Assembly (NCBI GenBank): GCA_947462765.1
Contig: CANHQK010000004.1
Coordinates: 11,206-75,205, forward strand
Source of the DNA: Bdellovibrionales bacterium
Lineage (GTDB): Bacteria > Bdellovibrionota > UBA1018 > CAIMNF01
Reading direction: 5' to 3'
DNA length: 64,000 nt
Shown piece by piece: positions 39,990-49,900 of the stretch. The translations under genes and the position numbers were made by a program. A model generated the notes under the pieces. The model was not told where the DNA came from. It saw nothing but the letters and a program-made list of their open reading frames with translations, and did no database searches. Numbering within the stretch: the first letter of the stretch is position 1; each line of letters begins with the position of its first letter.

Positions 39990-41305
39990 TTCTTCTTCTT
40001 TCCGCCTGAAAACAGGCTTCTGATCGGATCTTCAATTCTGACTCCAACCACAAAACGGAAATCCCCCTCGCGCTCGGTCGCCCGCGTACCTTCCGGAAAA
40101 GATATCGGAACCGGGACCGACTCCAGGGTCACAGGTCCGGAAAAACGCAAATCATAACTCCGGAAACCATAAGACCCTTCGATGAACCAGCGCTTGAGCA
40201 AGGGAATAAAATCAATCCACGCGAGAGCTGTGGCACTCACGCGCACAGCCATTCCCGTAGACCCCGGAGAACTGGTTCCTCGTGATACGCCCTGGTCGGC
40301 AGCTGTGAGGATCGGAAAGTAGCTCGCATCCAGGGTCAGTCCCTGAAACGCGAACGCAAAAAGGGATTTTTTCTCCGGCTTCCAAATCAGCGGCACAAAT
40401 GAATACCTGGCTCGGATACCCAACCCCATTCCGCTCACCTCGGTAGTGAGCAGGTTCTCGTCGGCATTGTCGGTCGAAAAACGATCACTCAAAGAATCGA
40501 TACGCCCCGAAATCTCGAGCTTTTTACCAAGTATTGGCGGGAATCGGTAATGGAAGCCGAGCACTGAAACCGCCTCCTCGGAGGTCACCACATTTGAATA
40601 ATAGGTTGAGGTCGGAAAGCGTCCCCCGTGGGAATCGGAAGTGATTCCAATTGGATAAAAATCAGAAAAATACGCCCAATGCTGATTTGAAAATCGGTAC
40701 TGGGTCGTGCGCTTCTCTAGATTTGCAACAGTGGTGCTCGTAGTGTCCAAGTCGCCCAAAAGGAGGCCCATGCCAAATTCAGCATATCCGGGACGGTCAT
40801 TGACACGATCTGAGGACTCCTCTTCAGGTAATAAAAAGTCATTCTGACCCTTCACATCCCCGTTTGCGAGCGAATTGGGGTCCGCCAAGGGAGCGCCAAA
40901 ATCGCCCTCGATCGGGTATTTGATGACCGTGTCTCTATCCAAATCGACTTGCAGCTCCAAGACTCCTGACTTGGGATTTCGCGTCTCCGAAATGACACGC
41001 CCGGTTGCAATCACCTCAATTCTTTGGCCCTTCTTTCGAAAAAACATAACGGGAGCACCGTCAACAAAAGAGTGAGCTCCAGGAAGCGTCAACGATACGA
41101 CCCCCTCTTCCTCACGAACTACTCGCATGGCCGACTTCATGAGCTCTTGCAGTTTGGGCGCCAAAAAAGAAACCCCCTGGGGCTTCGGCGAAGGGGATGG
41201 TTCAACCTCAGCAGCCCTCGCCATTAAGGATGAGCCGAGCCCCGTGGCTAAGCCACCAAAGAGAACAAGCCCGGCAAGGAGGAGCATTTTTTTGACTGAT
41301 TCCAT
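39986..41305 (-). CDS. Putative outer-membrane beta-barrel protein (first gene of the OMP-VWA-birA operon)
   Basis: Signal peptide MESVKKMLLLAGLVLFGGLATG. The C-terminal 250 aa show many amphipathic beta-strand-like segments ending in aromatics (VSVLGFHYRF, GLGIRARYSF, LFAFAFQGLTLDASYF, FIEGSYGFRSYDLRF, DFRFVVGVRIE). ATGA overlap with the VWA gene. Confidence 0.55.
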   Translation of the reverse strand: MESVKKMLLLAGLVLFGGLATGLGSSLMARAAEVEPSPSPKPQGVSFLAPKLQELMKSAMRVVREEEGVVSLTLPGAHSFVDGAPVMFFRKKGQRIEVIATGRVISETRNPKSGVLELQVDLDRDTVIKYPIEGDFGAPLADPNSLANGDVKGQNDFLLPEEESSDRVNDRPGYAEFGMGLLLGDLDTTSTTVANLEKRTTQYRFSNQHWAYFSDFYPIGITSDSHGGRFPTSTYYSNVVTSEEAVSVLGFHYRFPPILGKKLEISGRIDSLSDRFSTDNADENLLTTEVSGMGLGIRARYSFVPLIWKPEKKSLFAFAFQGLTLDASYFPILTAADQGVSRGTSSPGSTGMAVRVSATALAWIDFIPLLKRWFIEGSYGFRSYDLRFSGPVTLESVPVPISFPEGTRATEREGDFRFVVGVRIEDPIRSLFSGGKKKK

Positions 41306-41533
41306 TCAAGTAATTTTCAATTATTATTATTGAAAACAGTGTATCTCCCGGTACTTGGGTTTGCACTGATTTAATTGATAAAGCACGAACCGCATGGCCA
41401 ACGTATCGCATGAAACTCAAGTGTTCTTGAACTTATTCCGATCCCACTCTAAGCCTACGTCTTTCGCAGGCAGGGTCCGAAGGGACACATTGACGCTACC
41501 CACGCAGGTTTTTACACTGATGATTGGGGTTGC
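41306..41533. promoter_or_regulatory. Divergent intergenic control region between the OMP-VWA-birA operon (-) and the giant-lipoprotein operon (+)
   Basis: 228 bp that are AT-rich relative to the genome. They contain the inverted repeat TTTTCAAT-N7-ATTGAAAA at 41314-41336 and a lone TTGCAC / TTGATT cluster. No CDS. Confidence 0.5.
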
Positions 41534-44500
41534 GTGAAAGTTTGGGGGAATCCAGTGCCATTTCGCGGCGTAGGAAAATCACTATTACAGCTTTCGCTCA
41601 GGGGATTCCTCACGGGGATTCTTTTGGCAGGATGCTCGGACCTTGGGTTCCAAGGTGGCGTGATTCCGACGAACTTCAATGGCATCAAGGTGATTGAAGC
41701 CGTATCGCCCGAGGCTTTTCAGATGACCTGGGATCCTTATCCTGGGGCTACTCAGTACCGCGTCTACATGCCAGAACTCAATGAACCCATCGCTCGCCCC
41801 GGGTTCACCACACTCATCACCCGGCCTCCGGGAGGAGTGAACAGTAACGATGGAACCTATTCTTTCTCCGTTACGGCCGTAGATCCGACCACAGGATTGG
41901 AGCAGGGAACGCGTAGCAATTATGTTTCCGCCAAGCTCCTGCCTCGCTTCAACTTCAAGGAAGACGGTGACATTCGCGCACTAGACATGATTCCTTCCAC
42001 CCGTCACGCCGTTCGCGTGGCCTGGACCGCTTACCCTAAGGTGAACTACCAAGTTTACATCGGTGAGCGCTCCCCTTCTGGCCTTGTTGCTTACAACCTG
42101 GATGCTTCGTCCGGCTCGGTACTCGGTGACGGTTCGATCGAGATCGAGAACCTAAAAGAAGGTCGGGAATACTGCGCATTCGTGATCGCGACCTATGCGG
42201 ACTCCACCCGGGATGGCCCGAACGGTCAGCCCTTTACCGGCCCGGTAGCGTCTTTGGTCGGAACACCGTCTACCTTCAACACCAGCGTGGTAGGCACCTC
42301 TCAGAAGTGTGTGCGCACCAAGTCGGACCCTGCCTTTACGAGCACGGTAGAGCAAAGCAAGGTTTACGCTTCCAAGGCCACCCTTTCTAACAAACCCTCC
42401 TTTTTTGCCGACGTCGCAGGGGATACGACCTCGGATGGACAGGGATCTGTTCGGGTTTCCATTTACCGCATGGATGTCGCAACGGGCAATGGAACCTACA
42501 TAGGTGCGTTCAATGGTACTGGTAAGATTGATGCGGCCGAACCCCTTCCTCCCGGCCGTCACACCTTCAAAGCGATCTTTGAAAAACTCGGTGGCAATTC
42601 AACCGCTCAGAAAGAAAAGGGCGTGATTGTAGGTCCGACCGGGATTGAGCCCTCCGAACCCGTGGGAAATCCAGCAGACCGCCCATTTGTTTACGTCCGC
42701 GGCCTGGGCGCAGCTCCCACAGACGAAGGATATTACCCCGAGAAACAGCAAGGGGGGCTCGGGTCACAGCGCATCGGTGCTGCCGTTGCCATGGGTGATT
42801 TCAATTGTGACGGTCGATATGATGTGGCGGTCGGAATGCCCGAATACGTGATCACCTTGCCCGCGCCGGACAACCGCCCGGCAAACTTGGGTAAAGTCAT
42901 GGTCTATTACAACATCGCCTCGAGTGCCTCTTCCACGGCCCAGGGGGTTCGTTCGCAAGAGATTATTTTCAATCTTTCCGACAGAACCACCACCTTCCCA
43001 GGTGGCCGTGATCTGAGGCTTGGAACGCGGCTCCATGTCGGGAACTACAATAGCGACAATCAGGCAACGCACAATCCGCCAGGATACAACGATCCGACAC
43101 TGAATAAACAGTTCCAGTGCGACGACCTTGTAATCGGCTCGGGTTATGGACCCAGTATCTTGATGTATGGCTCTCGCGACACGAGTGGATCCAACGGAGG
43201 CTTGGTCTACAGTGGTCCCAAAGTGTTCATGGAGAACACCCAGTCGTGTAACCCGATTGATAATCGCTGTGACCCGACAATTTACTTCTACTCCAACCCC
43301 GCAGTCTCGCTCTGCCGCAGTTATACAAATGGCGACTTTAACGGGGATGGGTTTGAGGACTTGGCCATCGGAAGTGGTTCCGGTGCCGGGATTTGGGTGC
43401 TCCGTGGGAGTGAGTATGGGCTCATTCCGCCGAAAGCCCGTCGATTCTCCTCTGACCAAACTGCCTATACCTTTACTGGGGGAGATACTTTTTCAACCGA
43501 CGATGGGCCGGGTGGACGGATTAACTTCCCGTATGTTCACTCGAACACGAGCAGATTCTTCGCCCCATCGAGTTTCAGCAATGGATTCGCACCCTCTGCC
43601 ACTGGCTGGAGCAACACCAATAATTTCGGAGCCTCACTCGGGGCAATCCGTAATGCATTTTACGACCCGGACAACAACAGGTCTAAATCGATTCTGCTAA
43701 TCGGGAGTCCAGACACTCCCAGCACAGGCGCCGCCGGGACGACCCAAAGCAGAGGCCGCGTGTTCGCTTGCGTCCTCAGATCATTGACCGGGGATCGTCC
43801 TTCACCCCTGACCGGAACTTTCAGCAACTCGTTCAACAATGATTCAATGGAAAATCAGGCGTGGGATTGCAATCATGCGATCAATCCTCCCATTCGCTCA
43901 GGAGTCCAGCCCTTCACATCAATCGCCTCGGCCTCAGGGTTCGGCTCAGCAATGGCGACCCTCGATAACCCTCTGAGATACCGTGTCGCGCCTTTTTGGG
44001 AAGGAGGCTCCCAAGAATCGTGTCCTGCGATTGCTGGGGGTGTGGAAGCTCCTCGAGCTCACGGAAACTGCTCCTCTAGCTCGTTGAACTTGGGGATCCC
44101 CGGGGGAGTCGCCATTGGGGCCCCGGGTAGCAATCAAGTTTTCGTTTACTACGGTGTGGCCGTACCCGGAGCGATGGGGACTCGAAACACCCAAGGCTCG
44201 GCCCGCAATGCCTACATCGGCCAGTACTTCGATCGGCTACTGGATGGTTCCACCAATACAGTTCACAATACGACCTCAGGAAGCACCAGTGCCCCGGCCT
44301 ATGCATCAGAAGTAACAACCTCTGATCCATGCACCGCCACCAACTCAAACACGGAAGCATGCTACATCCAATTGATCACCCAACCCTCGACACCATCCGG
44401 GTCTTTCGGCCTGACCTTGTCCAGCCTTAGAGGAAACATCATCTCAAACGAAGGAGACAGTCCCCAGGACTCAACCCTCGGGGTATCCGCACCCTACCGC

Positions 44501-46924
44501 TCAGTCAACATCGGCGGGCTTTCTTATTCTGAAGTGGGAACTGTTTACCTTTACAGACAAGCTTCGAGATTCTCAAGCGATCCGATCATCATTGGGCCCA
44601 CCGCGAATACGGCCCAACAGCGCCCCCGACAGTCGACTGGGTTCTCAATGACCCAAGTCTCGCCAATCGACTACAGTGGCCCCCCCAACAACATGATTCG
44701 GTTCGGACTGGGTGGAATCGCGGCAGGACCCCTGGAAGCACCGATTCCAGGATCTGGGTACTCTTCGAATTCTGATCTGATTATCGGAGTCCCTGGGCAC
44801 GTTAAGGTCACCGATACGAACGGGGCTCCAATCCCTCCCGTTTTTGATAATGGTGCCTTTACGACTCTTTTTTCTCACGCCGGAACGTACAATCGGTTTC
44901 GAGTTGGACAGTCTGGGATCTCCGGATGGAACCTCACTGACACCATTTTTGAACCATCGGGATCCATCTCAGGTCAAGAATCTAACCTGCGCTTCCATCA
45001 AGCGGTTTCAGTGGGAGACATTCTCGATCTTGATGGCCTCTCTGACGTGGCTGTCCGCATAGCCCGTGGGAGCACCCGCAGTCGCGTGAGGATTTATAGG
45101 GGCAATCCTTGTGCGGACTGGCGCGGCCAATCGTGTCGAGTGACCCTCAAGCGTTCTACCAATCAATTCGTAGAGTTGAATGTCAGCAGCGATGACACCG
45201 CTGGTTTCCGGATCATTCCTACCGGCGTGGTGTCCGGCTCACTTGGTTCATTGTTTCTGGTGGGAGAGTCAGCCTCTTATCTTTTCTTCGCAGGGGCTGG
45301 TGGAATCAACCAAGGCGTTCCATCGGAGGTTTCCAACCCAGGGAGCCCCAGAAAGTTCACCACCACAAACCTTCCGAACTACCTGCCCTTTTCGAACTCC
45401 TCATTTTATAACGCAGAAACAACTGATGTAACCACATCTCTCGATCCGGGACGGAGTTTTGCTGTCGCGGACTTTAATGGTGACGGCAAGATGGACTTGG
45501 CCTTCGGCCAAACCGTTACAACTCTTGAAAATAACGGGATTTCTGACAACCGCCAAAGCCCGAACTGCCCGGGGGCGGGGAACTCGTGCCTCTCATCCTC
45601 CACCAACACCAATGCGGCGTCCCGCGTGGGGCAGGGACGAGTTTACGTGATGTACGGAGGCGGGGCAAACGGTTTTTATCCACAAGCTGATTCGAACTTC
45701 GGATACCCGATTCGGGCCGAGTACACTGGGCAAGACTTCGGAACCTACGGCTTCACAGGCTTCTCATCCACCCGCGCGGACAACAACACACTGGGAGCCC
45801 CCTGCACCACTCAAGGACTGTGTCCCAAGATTCAAGTGTTTGCCGAGGCAGACACCACCACTTTTGGCAGTGTCTTGAGCGCCATTCCTATGGGCACCTG
45901 CGCAGGGAAGCCGGTATCCGCCCTCGCGGTTCGAGCCCAGTATTCAGACCGGGCCTCAGTCTTCATTTACAAACCAAGGTGCATTCTTGATGAAACCAAC
46001 CTTTCGGGGCTGGGTAATTACGGGGTCACGAATGATCTGAATACGATCGAGATCAAATCCAACGACGTCGGACTGAACGCCGCCGTGAGCACCGGTTTCG
46101 GAACCTCCTTTGCCGGTTTTTCGAAACTCATGGAGCGTCCCGCCAATGATTCGCCCCTCATGGGGCATATTGTGATCACAGACCAGGGCTCTCGCCGCTT
46201 GTTCATCCTGCCTATGGTGTCGAGTGGGGCGGAAAAGGGCAAGGTTCTCCTGAGCGACAATCGAATGTACCCCCCTGTCACGAGCGGGGGACAAGGCACA
46301 TTTCTCCCCACTGCCTCCGGCACCTACGAAAGCTTTGGCGGCAAAACAATCGACTACAGCTCCTCTGACTTTTTATCGGGTCACTCGACCGGGTTGGACT
46401 CTGGGTTCGGCAGCTCCCTCGTCAATCTCGGGGACTTAAACGGTGACGATTACGAAGACCTTGGCATGAACCTCTTCCGAATGAACAAGAAAGAAACCAG
46501 CAGGAGCTACCTCTACCAGGGAGGGGTTTTGGTTATTTTTGGCGGTAGAATGGGAGCACAAACCCACCAGACCGAATCGGGCGTCACCACACAACTCGAA
46601 CCGAAGGCAGACGCGGAATGCTTCTTGAGGCAGGAAGTGATCGACGGGCAGCCTCGCCGGATCACCCGCTGTAATCCAACCCTGGTTTTCGCGCCCCAGC
46701 CGGCCGGCTCGACCCGGATGGGCCAGTACGAATATTCCTCTTTAACCAAGTTTTCGGTTTTGGAAACGGGGGTCCGCGACAGCACGACTCGAGTGTGTCA
46801 GCCGGGCTCGTCCAATGAATGTCTCGGGTCTTGGATTTTCGGAGTGCCCGGCCGGGACTCCACCGAGACCACTCCGGGAGCAAAGCCCATTCTTCAAGGG
46901 GGAGCCTTTTATGTTCTACCGTAA
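41534..46924 (+). CDS. Giant surface lipoprotein 1 (~1796 aa) with FG-GAP / integrin-alpha-like Ca-binding repeats
   Basis: Lipobox GILLAGCSD. Repeated motifs GDFNCDGRYDVAVG, GDFNGDGFEDLAIG, DLDGLSDVAVR, ADFNGDGKMDLAFG and GDLNGDDYEDLGMN (the D-x-N/D-x-D-G-x-x-D loops of FG-GAP/VCBS repeats). G/S/T/N/D-rich with few Lys. GTG start. Confidence 0.8.
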   Translation: MKVWGNPVPFRGVGKSLLQLSLRGFLTGILLAGCSDLGFQGGVIPTNFNGIKVIEAVSPEAFQMTWDPYPGATQYRVYMPELNEPIARPGFTTLITRPPGGVNSNDGTYSFSVTAVDPTTGLEQGTRSNYVSAKLLPRFNFKEDGDIRALDMIPSTRHAVRVAWTAYPKVNYQVYIGERSPSGLVAYNLDASSGSVLGDGSIEIENLKEGREYCAFVIATYADSTRDGPNGQPFTGPVASLVGTPSTFNTSVVGTSQKCVRTKSDPAFTSTVEQSKVYASKATLSNKPSFFADVAGDTTSDGQGSVRVSIYRMDVATGNGTYIGAFNGTGKIDAAEPLPPGRHTFKAIFEKLGGNSTAQKEKGVIVGPTGIEPSEPVGNPADRPFVYVRGLGAAPTDEGYYPEKQQGGLGSQRIGAAVAMGDFNCDGRYDVAVGMPEYVITLPAPDNRPANLGKVMVYYNIASSASSTAQGVRSQEIIFNLSDRTTTFPGGRDLRLGTRLHVGNYNSDNQATHNPPGYNDPTLNKQFQCDDLVIGSGYGPSILMYGSRDTSGSNGGLVYSGPKVFMENTQSCNPIDNRCDPTIYFYSNPAVSLCRSYTNGDFNGDGFEDLAIGSGSGAGIWVLRGSEYGLIPPKARRFSSDQTAYTFTGGDTFSTDDGPGGRINFPYVHSNTSRFFAPSSFSNGFAPSATGWSNTNNFGASLGAIRNAFYDPDNNRSKSILLIGSPDTPSTGAAGTTQSRGRVFACVLRSLTGDRPSPLTGTFSNSFNNDSMENQAWDCNHAINPPIRSGVQPFTSIASASGFGSAMATLDNPLRYRVAPFWEGGSQESCPAIAGGVEAPRAHGNCSSSSLNLGIPGGVAIGAPGSNQVFVYYGVAVPGAMGTRNTQGSARNAYIGQYFDRLLDGSTNTVHNTTSGSTSAPAYASEVTTSDPCTATNSNTEACYIQLITQPSTPSGSFGLTLSSLRGNIISNEGDSPQDSTLGVSAPYRSVNIGGLSYSEVGTVYLYRQASRFSSDPIIIGPTANTAQQRPRQSTGFSMTQVSPIDYSGPPNNMIRFGLGGIAAGPLEAPIPGSGYSSNSDLIIGVPGHVKVTDTNGAPIPPVFDNGAFTTLFSHAGTYNRFRVGQSGISGWNLTDTIFEPSGSISGQESNLRFHQAVSVGDILDLDGLSDVAVRIARGSTRSRVRIYRGNPCADWRGQSCRVTLKRSTNQFVELNVSSDDTAGFRIIPTGVVSGSLGSLFLVGESASYLFFAGAGGINQGVPSEVSNPGSPRKFTTTNLPNYLPFSNSSFYNAETTDVTTSLDPGRSFAVADFNGDGKMDLAFGQTVTTLENNGISDNRQSPNCPGAGNSCLSSSTNTNAASRVGQGRVYVMYGGGANGFYPQADSNFGYPIRAEYTGQDFGTYGFTGFSSTRADNNTLGAPCTTQGLCPKIQVFAEADTTTFGSVLSAIPMGTCAGKPVSALAVRAQYSDRASVFIYKPRCILDETNLSGLGNYGVTNDLNTIEIKSNDVGLNAAVSTGFGTSFAGFSKLMERPANDSPLMGHIVITDQGSRRLFILPMVSSGAEKGKVLLSDNRMYPPVTSGGQGTFLPTASGTYESFGGKTIDYSSSDFLSGHSTGLDSGFGSSLVNLGDLNGDDYEDLGMNLFRMNKKETSRSYLYQGGVLVIFGGRMGAQTHQTESGVTTQLEPKADAECFLRQEVIDGQPRRITRCNPTLVFAPQPAGSTRMGQYEYSSLTKFSVLETGVRDSTTRVCQPGSSNECLGSWIFGVPGRDSTETTPGAKPILQGGAFYVLP

Positions 46925-49900
46925 AACCTCTGCTCGAAGGCTAACCATTCTTTTGCTGCCGCTACTTGCCTCCTGTTCAGACGGCCTCCTCGGAGGAAAC
47001 ATCACCGCCCAATTCGCGGGGATCAATAAGGCTACCGTAATGGGGCCTACCTCCGTAAGCATCGACTGGAAACTTGACTCTAAGTGCTCGAGCTATGAGA
47101 TTTATGCTTTGACCGCAAGCACCACCAGTAGGCTACGTCTTGCGTCGGTTCCACCCGTGATCTTGAACGCACAAGAAGATCAGATTCAGAGCGAAACTTC
47201 TTATAGTTTTGCCGTAGGCTGCAACCGCGAAGGAAAACTCACCGGGCTTGATGTGAGCACAAACGTCAGCACCTGGAGGGAGTTCGACGGGGTCATCAGC
47301 AATCCCGAATCCTTGGAAGGCGGGGCTTTCCGCTTCACCTGGGATTACCCGCAGGACCAGGGCACGCGCTACCTCGTGTATGCCATAGAATCACTCATTC
47401 CAGGAGCTCCCACTCAGCTGACTCGGAAAAACTCCTCAAACTTCCGCATCGGATATCAAGACGAACCGATTTGCACCACCTTCAATAACCGGATCACACT
47501 CGGGCCAGGTGGGGAGTGCAATCCGGGGCCTTCGAAACTTAAACCAGGTAGCCTCTATCAGTTTCATGTAGTAGCCCAGTACCCCGACAACAACTACTCA
47601 AACAATTTAGCGTCCAACGCCAAGAGTAAACTGATCGATCCGAGTTTCGAAGCGCCGAATTGCAACCTGACCCAACTGGGTCTAGGGCCTGAGGCTGGAA
47701 GCACCTACCTTTATTTGCGATGTTCCGACAACGGGGCCGCAAACTCCTGTGGATTTAACAATATTACGGCCCGAGCCTATCAAGGCATAGGGGGAGTCAG
47801 AAACCCCATCTCTGGTGAACTTACTCTCAATTCATCACAAAGCAACATTCTGCAGATCCAAGCCACCCCCGGCCTTGACCCAACAAACGAGCGCTTGGTC
47901 AAGAACCTCGAGGTGGAATACACCTGCCGACGCCCCGGACAGCCGATCGAGAGAATGGTGGTACGGTACGACAATTCCAATGGCCGCCGTGAGCCACTCA
48001 TGAAATATGGCAATTCCGGCCCAGGTCGGAACTACGAAACCGCGCCTGAGCAATCGGTTTGGTCCGACCCACGATCAGCCAACCCTACCCTGCTTTCTCC
48101 GAGTCGAATGGGAGAAAGTCTGGCTGTTGGAGACTTCGATTGTGATGGAAATCCGGATCTCGCTGTGGGCTTGCCAAATATCACCTACAACCAAGCTCCC
48201 TACTTCAATGAGAACCCGTCATCCGGCGCGGTCAAGATCTACTATAATTATTCGACATCCGCAAACGGCACCATTACCGCTGCTAACGGGATCCAAATGC
48301 TCACCTTTGGCGATCTGTTAACAGGATCTCGTTTCGGTGCGAGCCTTTCAGCTGGAAATATCAATAAAGACGTTGCCAAGTCAGTAGTCGACAACTTTGA
48401 GAGCTACTATTCTTGTGACGATCTGATTATCGGCGCACCGGGCAACGCGAATGAAAGCCTCGGTCGAGCTTTCATTTTTTACGGGCAACGCCAACGCTTT
48501 CCGAATTATCCAGTGAAAGCGGCCGATCTTCCTAAAAACAGCCCGACCTGCAGCAGCTCTTCTTTGATCCAGCAAAACTGCACTCCCGTTGAGCTCATCA
48601 CGAGTGATTATGCAGAAAAATTTAGAGTTCACCCCGACACTCACAACATCAACAATACGACCTGGTGGGGGAACAGGGGTTACTTCGGACATAGCGTTGC
48701 TTACCTTCGAGACTTTAATGCTGATGGATATGGAGACGTGGCCGTTTCAGACCCGAACTGCTCCTGGGATGGCTATGAGACTTACAATGGCTTCGGATTT
48801 ACCAACAACGGGGGGAATTCAATTTTGGATGTAGGCTGTGTCTACGTCTATTTTGGTGGAAAAGAGGGGATACAAACGGTCGACGTGGGTGTTCCCGTCC
48901 ACCCGAATCTGGAACAGTTCTTCCCGGGAAACATGGTGTCCTCGCCCTACATCAAAGTCTATCCACCTTTCATCCAGGCCGGCATGCATTTCGGGACGAG
49001 TATCGCGGCCGGGGGAGATATCGATGGGAGACTGCCTGTACCCATCCCTGTTTCTCAGTCACAAATAGCACTGGCCAATGGCTATGATTTTGTCGTGGGT
49101 GCGCCGGATTTTTCCTATGCCTCGCCAGTGTCAAACAGCGGGGGTCAGCTGCCCGCTACGCAATCAATGAATTATTTGGCCTTGAATGTTGAAGACCCAT
49201 ATGTCAGGCAAGCTGACGCAAACTATTCGACCACGACTACTTCCAGAAAAAACACACCTCCGATCAATGGAGCTTGGACTAACCAACAATGGTCGGCTGG
49301 GGCGGCCCCCCTGCCTCCCGCAGGAGACAATGCCACATCGGGCCTACGGAATTCCACAGGCATCGTATTCGCTTATTTCGGAAGAAGCGCTCTGCAGGAC
49401 TACAACGTAACGGTCAACGCGGGGGCGAATTGGTTTCCAGAGGGCAATGGCGCTGGCACAATCAGCTTACCCGGCGGGAACAACTTCAAGAGTCTTTTAG
49501 ACCTTTTTTCAGGGAGCATCCGTGATCGCCAGGGACATCGGGGTCACTTGGCGCTCGCCAGCTACGGGGCTTCCGACCTTGCTCAAATCAGGCCAACACG
49601 CTCATTTTTCAATTGCGGAACCCGGGGCGCGCCGACGCTTCCTGCAAATCACCCCACGCACGGCCAAAGGATTCATCACTATTCCTGTCTCGCAGGCCGG
49701 AATAATTTTTCAGCCATCTTCCCGCACATCAAGCACTCTGACCCTGCTGTGTCGGGATTCGGTTCGAGCTTGAGCATTGCAGGAACCGAAGACTCAAATC
49801 TGATTGCTCAGTACCACTTGAGTGAATTTCTCGGAAGCTCTAGTTTTGCAGAGACTTCTGCCGAGAACGGCGTGCTTCAATTAATCTACAATGCCCAAGG

